56,420 bases of DNA from Cyanobacteria bacterium P01_D01_bin.156 (GCA_039024555.1 JBCCQQ010000042.1:1-56420); one strand, 5' to 3'; shown: positions 8,968-19,931, counted from the stretch's first letter. The notes: a model not told the origin generated them from the letters alone. Program-made: numbers and translations.

Positions 8968-10521
8968 TTAAGCATTTCCTTGGTCTAAATCCCAGGTAAT
9001 CTCTCCTAAAAAGTTTGTCTGGGATGACAAAATAATTCTCACTTCTTCAACTGGAGTGGTATACCGGAGCAATTTCTGGGCAATGGCACGAAACATCGTA
9101 TCCAGAGCCATTCCCCTGGGAAAAGTACCCTGCTCCACACCCAATAACGGGAATGCCATAGATTGTACAGAAAGGGTTTCTGCTTGATAAAAACAGCTAT
9201 CTACAACATCTGTAATCACTTCCCGCATCATGCGCTGTTCAAATGCGTTGCCCCCATTCTGAGTGATGCCGTGAAAAACAAATCTAGATGACAGTTTTCC
9301 AGCAGCGGTGACTACCGCGCGCCCCTTGCGGGCTGGAGCAAATCGCTGAACATCTTCTCGAAACCCTTTACCAGCTTTGGTGGCGAGGGCGGCGGCAATC
9401 CCCCTGTCCAGGGTTAGCTGGGTATTATCAGAACTGACCAGCACATCCACAGTCTGTTCTGTTAAATCACCAAAGAGAATTTTGAGACGACGACAGTGGG
9501 GAAAATCAAAAAACGTAGTCTGTTTTAGATGGGTGGAGTCAGGGTTTAGAAACTGTGGACGATGGACCTGATAGATACCAATATAGCTACTCAGTGTGGG
9601 GTCAATACTACTGTTCCAGGCATCGGTGCTCGGCGTGTTGAGAATGTCGTTGATCTGCGAAAAACTGGAAAACCGTTCGGCAGGGTTTTTGGCTAAACAA
9701 CGCTCAAGGCAATCACTTAAGACGCTGCTCATGGATGGCTTGAGAATTTTAGGCGATACCAAGGGCTCGGTTTTATGTTTGCAGACCACTGACCAAGGAC
9801 TGTCGGCTTCAAACGGGGGCTGGCGGACGATGGCATGGTAAAACGTAGCCCCAAAGCTATAGATATCCGCCCGAGTATCCACATTGCTGGGATTTTCAGC
9901 CTGCTCAGGAGCCATATAGAGGGGCGTTCCCAATACTTGCCCCTCTAAGGTGAGATGATTCATGGTTTGCCCCATGGCAATCCCAAAATCCATCACCAAT
10001 GCTCGTTGACGGTTATCAATAATAATGTTGGAAGGCTTAAGGTCCCGATGGATCACCCCCTTGGCCTCCGCATCCATCATGGCGGTGCAAACATCCCGCA
10101 TCCACTGGCGAATCATCTCTTCGTTGAGATTAAAAGACCGATCTTTTAACAATGTTGAAAGATCCTTTCCCTCAATCCAATCCATCACCAGTACGCCCCG
10201 CTGTGGATTTAGCTTAAGAAAGTCATGGACCGTTACCACATGGCGAGATTGAATACCGGCCATGGCCATAGCTTCTTGGTACAGACGGGACGCTCCATCA
10301 GTCGTATGGGGTCTGCACAACTTAAGGGCAACGGAACGGTTGAGCAGTCGATCGTGCCCCCGAAACACTATACCCATGCTGCCATGGCCAACGGCTTCTA
10401 ACAGCTCATATCGAGCTGCTAACTGGTCGATTTCGTCTGAGGTCAATGGATAGGTAGTGTCTAGCTCGCCCCCCTCTAAAGGTTGTGGAACTAAAGAGTT
10501 CGGTAAAGAATAAGCGATCAA
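8968..10521 (-). CDS. Hanks-type Ser/Thr kinase fused to a C-terminal macrodomain
   Basis: GHGSMGIV, VALK, HRDLKPSN, DFG, GTPLYMAPE; C-terminal GDLTEQTVDVLVSSDN...GRAVVTAAGKL..RFVFH...SMAFP macro fold. Confidence 0.85.
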   Translation of the reverse strand: MIAYSLPNSLVPQPLEGGELDTTYPLTSDEIDQLAARYELLEAVGHGSMGIVFRGHDRLLNRSVALKLCRPHTTDGASRLYQEAMAMAGIQSRHVVTVHDFLKLNPQRGVLVMDWIEGKDLSTLLKDRSFNLNEEMIRQWMRDVCTAMMDAEAKGVIHRDLKPSNIIIDNRQRALVMDFGIAMGQTMNHLTLEGQVLGTPLYMAPEQAENPSNVDTRADIYSFGATFYHAIVRQPPFEADSPWSVVCKHKTEPLVSPKILKPSMSSVLSDCLERCLAKNPAERFSSFSQINDILNTPSTDAWNSSIDPTLSSYIGIYQVHRPQFLNPDSTHLKQTTFFDFPHCRRLKILFGDLTEQTVDVLVSSDNTQLTLDRGIAAALATKAGKGFREDVQRFAPARKGRAVVTAAGKLSSRFVFHGITQNGGNAFEQRMMREVITDVVDSCFYQAETLSVQSMAFPLLGVEQGTFPRGMALDTMFRAIAQKLLRYTTPVEEVRIILSSQTNFLGEITWDLDQGNA

Positions 10522-11170
10522 AATAGTGGTTTTCGCCCTAGGCTGACAACAAAGTCTGGGTGACAGATAACGTATCTGTCATTAAACGAATTATTTCTGA
10601 CGTTGTTGATTCTCAGAACGATTTTATCTGGAAAATACTGAGTGTCTTGAGTTGTTACCAGATTGGTTCATCCTCTAAATCAGCAACGGTTTTATACAAT
10701 AGTGACGAGATTAAGAATAATCAGCGACGGTAGGAATCAGGAGTAAAACCATGCCCTAAAGTAGCCATAGCTCAGGAATAGGAAAAAATAGAGATGATTT
10801 TTAGCACATTAAGGAGATACAGCTAATTAAGTAAAAATCCGTGTTATTCCGATTTATTTATTTAGCGTTGCTGGTTTACAACGACGGCTATTTAAATCCT
10901 TCGAAAGAGAGAAAATTGCTGTTGCTGATATAAGGGATGAACCGATCAAGCATTTACACAATGCATCAGTATTTCTTTAAAAAAATTATTCCGAGGATCA
11001 ACAACGCCAAAATTTTTTATTAATTCACCATGCCCTGAACAATGTTTTATGTATTAAGACTCGATATCCTCAAAAATACGTGTTCAGTATTACATACTTG
11101 TCTTCACATTTTGTGAATGTTTTATCAAGTTAAGATGAATCGATTTAACGTCTTGCACTACGGTAAGCCC

Positions 11171-11683
11171 ATGGATGTCTCTATTAATCACATCAATCAG
11201 CTTGACCAGTCGGCCTTTGTCGATTTGCTGGGGGGTATTTTTGAGGACACCCCAAGTATTGCGGCCCAAGTATGGGGACAACGTCCGTTTCAAGATTTAT
11301 TCGATTTACACACAAAAATGGTGGCCATTGTAGAGCAAATGACCACCGTCGAAAAACTAGCCCTGATCAAGGCCCATCCTGAACTGGGCAGTCGTCGACC
11401 CATGGCGGATGCATCTGTTAAGGAACAGGCCAGTGCTGGTCTCGACCGCATTAACCAATCTGTTTATGACCGTTTGGTACAGCTAAATGGTGACTATCGT
11501 CAGAAGTTTGGTTTTCCGTTTGTCATGGCTGTGAAGGGACAAACCCAAGAGGCCATATTAGGGGCCTTAGAAACCCGAATGGCTAATGCTCAGGATGATG
11601 AAGTACAGCAAGCGCTTGTGGAAATTTATAAAATTGCGCGCCTGCGATTAGAAGCCCTAGTGGTGAAACCGCCCGAGAAATAA
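11171..11683 (+). CDS. uraD: OHCU decarboxylase
   Basis: LIKAHPELG, SVKEQASAGL, YRQKFGFPFVMAVKG, KIARLRL; start moved to ATG 11171. Confidence 0.92.
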   Translation: MDVSINHINQLDQSAFVDLLGGIFEDTPSIAAQVWGQRPFQDLFDLHTKMVAIVEQMTTVEKLALIKAHPELGSRRPMADASVKEQASAGLDRINQSVYDRLVQLNGDYRQKFGFPFVMAVKGQTQEAILGALETRMANAQDDEVQQALVEIYKIARLRLEALVVKPPEK

Positions 11684-11746
11684 AGTGTTGTTTCAAGACA
11701 AAACCGATTGCTCGGGGCTCCTCCGAGTTCCCCGAACCCCATGGGC

Positions 11747-11766
11747 AGGGCGGACTGCCGCCCTAC
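11747..11766 (-). repeat. GTAG-headed REP-like hairpin
   Basis: Minus strand reads GTAGGGCGGCAGTCCGCCCT; related hairpin ctagggcggaaaccgccgccctag at 3897-3920. Confidence 0.5.
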
Positions 11767-11979
11767 AATCCTCAGAATAGAGAGTTTCAGTAAAACAGCC
11801 ACATCAGTTGGGATGTGGTCGGTAAAGCGGTTTAGAATTTTACGCTCGGTCGCGCAAAATTCTAAAAAGGGTTATTCCATCGATGTTTTGCTAATCGATG
11901 TTCAAAGATTTTTTTACAGAGTTTTGATTCTATGCCCCAAAGAAGCCTGACAAGAAAAATTAAACACCTTGCGTTTTGA

Positions 11980-12015
11980 GGTGTGGAGCGAATGCGTAAC
12001 AGCGTCACCCACCTA
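11980..12015 (-). repeat. Short dispersed repeat, copy B
   Basis: Minus strand taggtgggtgacgctgttacgcattcgctccacacc, similar to 3648-3682. Confidence 0.6.
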
Positions 12016-12018
12016 AAG

Positions 12019-13431
12019 TTATCTACGTTCTCCTGGCAACAAAATATTGAGCACTAACGCACTAATTCCTCCAGTAGAAATGCCGGAACCAAAAATATTT
12101 TTTGCCAGAACCGGTAGCCCAGTTAGAAAGTCTGGGGCAAACGTTACCCCAAGCCCCAAACCTAACGATGTTGCCAAAATAATTGTTTCTCGACGGCCAA
12201 TTTCAATGGAGGAAATAATTTTGAGCCCAGCCGCAGCAACACTACCAAACATGATGATAGTGGCCCCACCTAAAACCGGCTGTGGAATAGCCTGGAGAAC
12301 GCCACCCACGATGGGAAACAACCCCAGCAAGCTAAGAATTACGGCAATGAAATACCCTACATAGCGACTGCCGATGCCCGTTAGCTGAATCACACCGTTG
12401 TTTTGGCTAAAGGTGGTGTTGGGAAACGTATTAAACATGGCCGCAATAAACGAATTGATGCCATCGGCCAGCACCCCGCCGCGCATTCTCCGAAAATAGG
12501 TCGGTCCTTGGATCGGCTGTCCGGTAACCACCGATGTCGCTGTCAGGTCACCAATGGATTCGATGGTGGTAATCAAATACAAAAAGGCAAAGGGAATAAA
12601 TGCCGCTGGGTTAAAGCCAAAGCCGTACTTGAAGGGAATTGGGAGGGTAAAGGCTGACAGCTGGCTCAGTCTGCTTAAGTCCACAAGTCCCATGGATAGA
12701 CCAACGATGTAGCCAACAATTAACCCGATGGCGATGGAGGCCATGCGCAGAAAGGTATTGCGACTGCTATTGAGAATGATAATAATTGCCAACACCAGCA
12801 GCGATAAAAATATGTTTTGGGCACTGCCGTAGGTGCCATTCTGCCTGGCGAGAGCCCCTCCGCCCATGGCTAAAACACCGGCATTAATCAAGGTTAAGCC
12901 AATTAGCATCACCACCGTGCCAGTCACCAGGGGGGTAATGATGCGGCTAATCACCTCAATGAACTGGCTAAACACCATTTCAATAAAGGAGCCGAGCAGA
13001 CACATGCCAAAAATTAGCCCTAGGGCCTGGGCTGGGGTGGCCCCCCCGGCAACGGCAGCGGTACCGGCTCCAATAATTGGTCCAATAAAGGCAAAGCTGG
13101 TGCCCTGGATACTTAATAGCCCCGACCCGACCGGTCCTATGCGTCGAGTTTGAATAAAGGTGGCAATGCCCGACACAAACAGGGACATGCTAATGAGATA
13201 GGCTCGATCTTCCGGTTCTAGCCCCAGGGCACCGCCGATAATAAGAGAGGGGGTGATGATGCCAATAAAGCTGGCTAAAACGTGCTGTACGGCAGCAAAT
13301 AAGGTATCCCGTAGCGGTGGTCTGTCGTCTAAATTGTAGATTAGGTCCGTTGACTTTGAGATCGCAGGTTCCGGTGGTCGCTCGGCTACAGTCTCATCCG
13401 GATATTGAATTACACCCTCTTGTTCACTCAC
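12019..13431 (-). CDS. NCS2 xanthine/urate permease
   Basis: QHVLA TM1 motif, IESIGD, NAT signature TTFSQNNGVIQLTG, PVLGG. Confidence 0.93.
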   Translation of the reverse strand: MSEQEGVIQYPDETVAERPPEPAISKSTDLIYNLDDRPPLRDTLFAAVQHVLASFIGIITPSLIIGGALGLEPEDRAYLISMSLFVSGIATFIQTRRIGPVGSGLLSIQGTSFAFIGPIIGAGTAAVAGGATPAQALGLIFGMCLLGSFIEMVFSQFIEVISRIITPLVTGTVVMLIGLTLINAGVLAMGGGALARQNGTYGSAQNIFLSLLVLAIIIILNSSRNTFLRMASIAIGLIVGYIVGLSMGLVDLSRLSQLSAFTLPIPFKYGFGFNPAAFIPFAFLYLITTIESIGDLTATSVVTGQPIQGPTYFRRMRGGVLADGINSFIAAMFNTFPNTTFSQNNGVIQLTGIGSRYVGYFIAVILSLLGLFPIVGGVLQAIPQPVLGGATIIMFGSVAAAGLKIISSIEIGRRETIILATSLGLGLGVTFAPDFLTGLPVLAKNIFGSGISTGGISALVLNILLPGERR

Positions 13432-13512
13432 TCCAACTTTCTCCGCTATTCAGCAATGATCCCAGCCGCCGGGGCGCTTGCCTGTATTTAAGGTCAACTA
13501 CCTGTCAAAAAA

Positions 13513-13528
13513 TGTTCTTGACTATACA
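13513..13528. promoter_or_regulatory. Possible NtcA-like site between the permease and hpxO
   Basis: TGT-tcttgactat-ACA (GTT-N8-TAC, one mismatch to GTA-N8-TAC) in the divergent promoter of nitrogen-scavenging genes. Confidence 0.3.
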
Positions 13529-13599
13529 GATCGTGCGTTAGTCCTAGCCTAAGAAAGTACGGTGATACACTCTAACCACAGACTCGATAGCTCCCCCCC

Positions 13600-14766
13600 A
13601 TGGAAAACCTGAAAGTAATTGTTGTTGGTGCAGGTATGGGCGGTCTCACCACCGCTCTGGCCATGCGACATGCAGGCTACGAGGTGGAAGTCTATGACCG
13701 AGTCAAGTCTCTGCGTCCGGCTGGGGCCGGTATTTCCCTGTGGTCCAATGGGGTGAAGGTACTCAATCGGTTGGGGCTGGGCAGTGCGATCGCTGCTATC
13801 GGTGGTCCTATGGAGCAAATGGCCTACTACGGCGGCAAGACTGGCGACCTGCTTACCCGATTTAGTCTTTCTCCTCTGGTAGAGCGGGTGGGGCAGGCTC
13901 CCTACCCGGTGGCCCGCACTGACTTGCAAAACATGCTGCTGTCGGCCTTTGGTGCCGATCAGGTCCAGCTCAATAAACGCTGTGTTGCCATTGAACAAAC
14001 TGCTGACAAGGCCACGGCTATTTTTGAAGGCGGCCATCGGGCAACCGGGGATATCGTTGTCGGGGCCGACGGCACCCATTCCATTATTCGTACTCACGTA
14101 GTGGGCCATGCCACCGAGCGCCGCTATGTAGGCTATGTCAACTGGAATGGTCTGGTTCCGGTAAGTGATGACCTGGCACCGGCCAACAGCTGGGATATCT
14201 ATGTGGCAGATGGTCAGCGCGCGTCGGTAATGCCTGTGGGGTGCGATCGCTTTTACTTCTTTCTCGATGTGCCCCTGCCCAAGGGGACCGAAAACAACCC
14301 TGACACCTATCGGCAAGAGCTGTCGAATCATTTTGCTGGCTGGGCCAAGCCAGTGCAGACACTGATTCAGCAGCTAGACCCCAACAAAACCAATCGTGTC
14401 GAGATTCACGACATTGAACCCCTCACAACTTTAGTCAACGGTCGAGTCGCCCTTATTGGCGATGCCGCCCACAGTACCGCACCAGATTTAGGGCAGGGGG
14501 GCTGTCAGGCCATGGAAGACGCTTGGGCATTAGCTAATTATTTATCCACCACCAATATCAGCGTAGGCGATGCCCTCCAACGCTATCAAAATAACCGATT
14601 AGAACGGGTATCCCAGATTATTCTCAAGGCTCGCAAACGGGCTGCTATGACCCATGGCAAAGTGCCCGCCAAAACTCAGGAATGGTACACTGAGCTGGCT
14701 TTAGAAGATGGCTCAAACATTATGAACGCCATTGCAGACACCATTTTGCTGGGGCCAATGCACTAA
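13600..14766 (+). CDS. hpxO: FAD-dependent urate hydroxylase
   Basis: [49 protein letters not shown]; purine cluster context. Confidence 0.92.
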   Translation: MENLKVIVVGAGMGGLTTALAMRHAGYEVEVYDRVKSLRPAGAGISLWSNGVKVLNRLGLGSAIAAIGGPMEQMAYYGGKTGDLLTRFSLSPLVERVGQAPYPVARTDLQNMLLSAFGADQVQLNKRCVAIEQTADKATAIFEGGHRATGDIVVGADGTHSIIRTHVVGHATERRYVGYVNWNGLVPVSDDLAPANSWDIYVADGQRASVMPVGCDRFYFFLDVPLPKGTENNPDTYRQELSNHFAGWAKPVQTLIQQLDPNKTNRVEIHDIEPLTTLVNGRVALIGDAAHSTAPDLGQGGCQAMEDAWALANYLSTTNISVGDALQRYQNNRLERVSQIILKARKRAAMTHGKVPAKTQEWYTELALEDGSNIMNAIADTILLGPMH

Positions 14767-14779
14767 GGGGAGATCGCCA

Positions 14780-15160
14780 ATGGCAAACAAAACAGCGGGC
14801 AAACTCACCACCCATGTTTTAGATACAGCAAACGGCTGTCCCGCAGCGGGAGTTGAACTACAGCTTTATCGTCTAGAAAACGATCAGGCACACTGTCTTA
14901 CCAAAACGATCACCAACAGTGATGGCCGTACCGATAGCCCGCTATTAACGCCAGAGACCATGGTGGCCGGTCTGTACGAACTACGCTTTTGGGTAGGAGA
15001 CTATTTTGCTGCCCAGGCTACACCCCAAGCAACATTTTCATCACCCATCCCCTTTTTAGATTTAGTGCCCATTCGGTTTGGTATTGCCGATGCTGCCGCC
15101 CACTACCATGTACCGCTGTTGGTATCGCCCTGGTCCTATAGTACCTATCGCGGCTCCTAA
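14780..15160 (+). CDS. uraH: 5-hydroxyisourate hydrolase (transthyretin-like)
   Basis: [32 protein letters not shown]; start moved to ATG 14780. Confidence 0.96.
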   Translation: MANKTAGKLTTHVLDTANGCPAAGVELQLYRLENDQAHCLTKTITNSDGRTDSPLLTPETMVAGLYELRFWVGDYFAAQATPQATFSSPIPFLDLVPIRFGIADAAAHYHVPLLVSPWSYSTYRGS

Positions 15161-15172
15161 GGAGAGTAAACA

Positions 15173-16540
15173 ATGGCCACACTACTGGTAAAACATATTC
15201 ACACGTTGGTAACCATGGACGACCAGCGTCAAGAGATTCAAGATGCAGCCATCCTGGTGCAGGATAATGTTATCCAACAGGTAGGAACAACTGAAGCCGT
15301 TGAGGCAGCCTCCCCTCAGGCTGATGAAGTCCTCGATCTAAACAATCGCCATGTTGTTCTACCCGGTCTGGTCAATACCCACCACCACTTTTACCAAACC
15401 CTGACCCGGGCGATTCCCGCTGCCCAGGACTGCGACCTGTTTACCTGGCTGCAAACGCTATATCCCATTTGGTCAAATCTCACCAGTGGTGCCATCTATG
15501 CCAGTTCCCAAATGGCCGCCGCTGAACTTATGTTGTCGGGCTGTACCACTAGTAGCGATCATCTCTATATATATCCCAACGACTGCACCCTAGATGATGA
15601 GATCCGTGGTGTGCAGGACATTGGCCTGCGGTTTCATGCCAGTCGTGGCAGCATGAGCGTTGGTGAAAGCCAAGGAGGGCTGCCGCCGGATGCTTTGGTG
15701 GAAGCTGAAGTCAACATTCTTAAAGATTCTCAGCGGCTGATTGAAACCTATCATGACAACAGTCGCCATGCCATGGTGCGTATGGTATTAGCCCCCTGTT
15801 CTCCCTTTTCTGTTTCCCAGGATCTCATGCGAGAGTCTGCTGCCATGGCCCGCAGCTATCCGGGCGTGCAGTTACATACGCACCTGGCAGAAAACAAAAG
15901 CGATGTGGACTACAGCCTGGAGAAATTTGGCCTTCGCCCCGGTGACTATGCAGAATCCTTAGGTTGGCTCGGTGAAGATGTTTGGCACGCCCACTGCGTT
16001 CAACTCGACGATGCCGCTATTCAAAAATTTGCCGACACCCACACCGGAGTGACCCATTGTCCCTGCAGTAATATGCGCCTCGCCAGCGGCATTGCCCCGA
16101 TAAGAAAAATGCGGGCTGCTGGGGTGCCGGTAAGTATTGGTGTGGATGGAGCCGCCTCAAACGATGCTAGCAATCTATTGCAGGAGGCCCGCACTGCCTT
16201 TTTGCTGGCGCGGGTGCGGGACCAGTTGGCAGCAGCGATCACAGCGAGAGAGACTTTAGAAGTGGCCACTCGGGGTGGGGCTGATGTGCTGGGCCGGGAT
16301 GATATTGGCTATCTAGCCCCTGGCATGGCGGCAGACTTTATTGCGTTTAATGTGGACAGGCCCGAATTAGTTGGCAGCCATCACGATGTGGTAGCTGCCT
16401 TGATTTTTTGTCAGCCCTCCGGAGTGGACTACAGCTTTATTAACGGCAAAAAAGTTGTTGATCAGGGTCGTTTGGTAGCTGTGGAGTTAGAGAAACTAGT
16501 GGAAACCTGTAATCGTTTTGCTGCAGGCTTGGTGAGCTAG
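15173..16540 (+). CDS. 8-oxoguanine deaminase (amidohydrolase)
   Basis: PGLVNTHHHFYQTLTR, PCSPFSVS, HTHLAE, HCPCSNMRLASG, GVDG. Confidence 0.9.
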   Translation: MATLLVKHIHTLVTMDDQRQEIQDAAILVQDNVIQQVGTTEAVEAASPQADEVLDLNNRHVVLPGLVNTHHHFYQTLTRAIPAAQDCDLFTWLQTLYPIWSNLTSGAIYASSQMAAAELMLSGCTTSSDHLYIYPNDCTLDDEIRGVQDIGLRFHASRGSMSVGESQGGLPPDALVEAEVNILKDSQRLIETYHDNSRHAMVRMVLAPCSPFSVSQDLMRESAAMARSYPGVQLHTHLAENKSDVDYSLEKFGLRPGDYAESLGWLGEDVWHAHCVQLDDAAIQKFADTHTGVTHCPCSNMRLASGIAPIRKMRAAGVPVSIGVDGAASNDASNLLQEARTAFLLARVRDQLAAAITARETLEVATRGGADVLGRDDIGYLAPGMAADFIAFNVDRPELVGSHHDVVAALIFCQPSGVDYSFINGKKVVDQGRLVAVELEKLVETCNRFAAGLVS

Positions 16541-16587
16541 GGAAGAATCTATTGGAGAATAACAGACTCTTACTTGCATACACTCCA

Positions 16588-17550
16588 TTACCCAGCAGTA
16601 AGCCACTCGATAACCTGATGCCCCAGTTTCACACCATCTAACCGATCAATTTCACGAATGCCTGTGGGGCTGGTGACATTAACCTCCGTCAGGTAACCAC
16701 CAATGATGTCAATACCCACAAAATAAAGACCGTCTTTTTGCAAAGTAGGGGCCAGCTGTTTACAGATATCTAATTCTCGCTCGGTAATATCCACTCGGGC
16801 ACTGCGACCACCAACGGCCATGTTGCCACGAAATTCTTTACCCGTAGGAATGCGATTAACGGCTCCCAAGGGTTCACCATTGAGCAAAATAATCCGCTTA
16901 TCCCCTTCTTTTGCAGCTGGTAAATAGGTTTGCACCATCACCGGTTCTTGGCCCTGTCTGGTGCTGATTTCAATCATGGAGTTAAAGTTAGGGTCCTCAT
17001 TACTGAGGAATAATATTCCTTCCCCACCTTTGCCCCCCAAGGGTTTTAACACCGCCTTACCCCCCCAAGATTTGACAATATCTCGGATCACAGCTTTGTC
17101 CTGACTCACAATGGTGTTAGGAATGGCCCCGGTAAACTGCAGCGCATACATTTTCTCATTAGCAGCCCGGATACCCCCAGGAGAGTTGATGACTTTAGTT
17201 TTCACCGGATCGATATAGTCCAGAATGTAGGTGGCATATAGGTAAGGTACCGTCACTGGTGGGTCCGTACGCATAAATACCGCATCCATGGTGTCTAAGG
17301 GCTGCCACTGAGCCTCACCTAGGGTGTACCAATCGGCAACTGCATCCCAGCAGTTATCCCCCAGGGTAACGGGCACTAGGGTCACTGGAGTCAGGTAGGC
17401 CATGGCTTGACCGGCCACCACCCCCATCTGCTGAGCTTGAGTAATAAACACCTGATGGCCCAACTCCTGGGCAGCTTCCATAATGGCGACGCTGCTATCG
17501 TGGCCAGGGTCTAGCTTAGCGATGGGGTCAATGATAAATGCAAATTTCAC
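16588..17550 (-). CDS. gshB: Glutathione synthetase
   Basis: MRTDPP, ANEK, EGDKRI, FRGNMAVGG, LTEVNVTSPTG. Confidence 0.97.
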   Translation of the reverse strand: MKFAFIIDPIAKLDPGHDSSVAIMEAAQELGHQVFITQAQQMGVVAGQAMAYLTPVTLVPVTLGDNCWDAVADWYTLGEAQWQPLDTMDAVFMRTDPPVTVPYLYATYILDYIDPVKTKVINSPGGIRAANEKMYALQFTGAIPNTIVSQDKAVIRDIVKSWGGKAVLKPLGGKGGEGILFLSNEDPNFNSMIEISTRQGQEPVMVQTYLPAAKEGDKRIILLNGEPLGAVNRIPTGKEFRGNMAVGGRSARVDITERELDICKQLAPTLQKDGLYFVGIDIIGGYLTEVNVTSPTGIREIDRLDGVKLGHQVIEWLTAG

Positions 17551-17918
17551 GGCGCAGGCAGTTAAGTGGGTCCGTTTGATTTTGCCATGATTAGTTGGGT
17601 TTGGGGCATTTTGAGACGGTAAAACCAGTTAGCTCAATCTGTCCAACACTTTGTGGAGCCAATCTCAATAGAGATACAGAAACAGTCTTATCCGTGGGTT
17701 TGTTGTTGTTGAGTTCACACTCTGACGATTGCCTTGATACTTCTTTTATAAATTCACTCAGTATTTCTATATAAGAGACTTTCCAGCTCCTCTAAGCAGT
17801 CTCAGATCATGTCTAAAGAGCGTACAGTCATCTAGCCGAAGGCGCTGCATACTCAATCCAGTTATACCTATAACGTAACAAACGATACATTTTGCTAAGC
17901 GTTTTGGAAATCATTGTC

Positions 17919-18758
17919 ATGAAGCGTCTATCCCTCTTTCTCAGTTCTGCATTGTGCAGTCTCACCATGGCCCATGCAGCCCATGCAGGCACCTTCCACA
18001 ATGGTTGGAACTACAGTATTGATGCATTTACTGATGGTTCTGGCGGGAATGCCTACGAGATAAAAGGGTTAGCCACTAAAGAGACTGAGGACCACATTTA
18101 TGTTTCCGTCAGCGGGGGAAGTTTACTGGCTGGGACTGACTACCATGGTGCCGCAGATGGCAATATCGGCTGGGGAGATTTGTTGTTTAATTTTACTGGC
18201 GACTCCATTAATGCCGCCAATGGTTCTCTGTTTGGTGTGCGTTTTGCCGGTTCTAATGACGCTGGTGTTTCCCAAGTAGGTGTTTTCAAAGATGTGACAG
18301 CTCAAGCTGTGGCCTTAGACAATTCAGGCTATAAGCATCTAAAACAGTATTACCGCTATGGTTGGGAACGTGAGGATACCATGGGCGATTTGGCCACTAA
18401 GCAAGAGGCCTATGGCTACATGGGAAAAAAGTCGCCGTTGTTAAACTCCATCGAGGATGGCACGTTTGTGGGTGATATTGATTTTCTCTCACAGCAACAG
18501 GCTGTAGAAGAAGGCATTGATTTTGATCACTTTGATGCTGATGGTGACCATACCCACACCTTTCGGTTTGACCGTGGCTTAATTCCAGGTGGAGAATTTA
18601 TCGCCACATTGTTGATGGAATGCGCCAATGATGGCATTGCGCTACTGGGCAGTTTCAATGAACAGGAGAGTCAAGATGTCCCTGAGCCTTCAGCCGCAAT
18701 CAGCTTACTTGCAACTGCTGCATTCGCTTATCGTAAGCTGCGTCGTTCTGCACAGTAG
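17919..18758 (+). CDS. PEP-CTERM exported protein
   Basis: Signal peptide ending AHA; C-terminal VPEPS + hydrophobic stretch + RKLRR; ECAND motif; start moved to ATG 17919. Confidence 0.9.
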   Translation: MKRLSLFLSSALCSLTMAHAAHAGTFHNGWNYSIDAFTDGSGGNAYEIKGLATKETEDHIYVSVSGGSLLAGTDYHGAADGNIGWGDLLFNFTGDSINAANGSLFGVRFAGSNDAGVSQVGVFKDVTAQAVALDNSGYKHLKQYYRYGWEREDTMGDLATKQEAYGYMGKKSPLLNSIEDGTFVGDIDFLSQQQAVEEGIDFDHFDADGDHTHTFRFDRGLIPGGEFIATLLMECANDGIALLGSFNEQESQDVPEPSAAISLLATAAFAYRKLRRSAQ

Positions 18759-18795
18759 TTCAATCCCGATTGTTTGAACTGGATAGAGTACGCTT

Positions 18796-18828
18796 AAGCT
18801 TCTCGGCAATTACCGAGAGGCTTTTTTT
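18796..18828 (+). terminator. Intrinsic terminator
   Basis: aagcttctcgg-caatta-ccgagaggc followed by T7. Confidence 0.75.
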
Positions 18829-18927
18829 CGCCGTTGCTGATTTAGAGGATGAAACGATCTGTAGAACTCATCAATTGTCTGGATTTGACAGATAAAATCA
18901 TCCCGAGGATCAGTAACACCCTTTTTT

Positions 18928-19827
18928 CTATTGCCCCATGGAACAGTAGGTGCTCAAAAACTCTAGAAAAACCTGCACCCGTGGTGACAGATTTCGACGG
19001 TGGGTAAATACCGCCTGATTGATTAACCCTGGCGGTAGCTGCTCAGCAAAGAGAGAAATCAGCTTTCCCGTTTTCAACTCGTCTTTCACCTGAAAGCTCA
19101 GCAGTCGAGCAATACCAATACCGGTTAGGGCAGCATTTTTTAGAGCTTCCCCACTATCTGAATTAAACGAGCCCTTTACTGGAATAGTCTGCCAACTATC
19201 ATCAATTAAAAATTCCCACGGTAATGGCTGACCGTTAAAGACATAGCGCATACAGTTGTGGTTTATCAAATCAGCAGGTGTGCCAGGACGACCATGGCTC
19301 TCAAAATAATCAGGTGACGCACATAGAACAAAGCGCACTTGACCTAGATGCTGGCGAATCAGACTAGAATCCTCTAACTCTCCCAGGCGGATAGCCACAT
19401 CCACCCCTTCAGTGACTAAATCCACCAAGCGATCGCTTAAGCGCAGTTCCACCTGAATTTCTGGATACTGGTTCAAGAACTGTGGCAGAGCCTGAACTAA
19501 AAAGCTTTGACCAAAATCCAGAGACGCACTAACAGTTATCTTTCCGCGAGGTTTTCCGCCAGAAATAATGCTATCGTTAGCATCCTCTAGTTCCTGTAGC
19601 ATGCGCGCTACCCGCTCGTAGTAAATTGTTCCCTCTGAAGTCAGGCTCAAGGAGCGGGTGGTTCTTTGCAACAGGCGCACTCCTAAACGATCTTCCAGCT
19701 TGGCCACCCGTTTACTAATGGCGGATGGAGTGGTGCCCAGGGCACGGGCTGCCGCACTAAAGCTGGTTCCATCCACACTTTCCACAAACGCAATCAGTTC
19801 AGGTAGCTGATTAAAAACCTTAAGCAT
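18928..19827 (-). CDS. LysR-family transcriptional regulator
   Basis: SFSAAARALGTTPSAISKRVAKLEDRLGVRLLQRTTR HTH; divergent from the SDR; start moved to ATG 19827. Confidence 0.95.
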   Translation of the reverse strand: MLKVFNQLPELIAFVESVDGTSFSAAARALGTTPSAISKRVAKLEDRLGVRLLQRTTRSLSLTSEGTIYYERVARMLQELEDANDSIISGGKPRGKITVSASLDFGQSFLVQALPQFLNQYPEIQVELRLSDRLVDLVTEGVDVAIRLGELEDSSLIRQHLGQVRFVLCASPDYFESHGRPGTPADLINHNCMRYVFNGQPLPWEFLIDDSWQTIPVKGSFNSDSGEALKNAALTGIGIARLLSFQVKDELKTGKLISLFAEQLPPGLINQAVFTHRRNLSPRVQVFLEFLSTYCSMGQ

Positions 19828-19931
19828 GGTTCTATCTATGCTATTCAGGCACAAGTCCTATGCCAATATACTGCCTTCTCTTCTAGAAGAGCACAGATTA
19901 GTTTAGATCTATAGATATCAGAGGTAATCAA

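Noticed and set aside
11708..11950. 80-aa ORF after uraD
   Set aside because: It runs through repeat/hairpin DNA, has a TTG start and is not protein-like
13549..14331. 260-aa antisense ORF, and the many other shadow ORFs in the track
   Set aside because: They lie opposite or inside well-supported genes (here hpxO) and show no motifs
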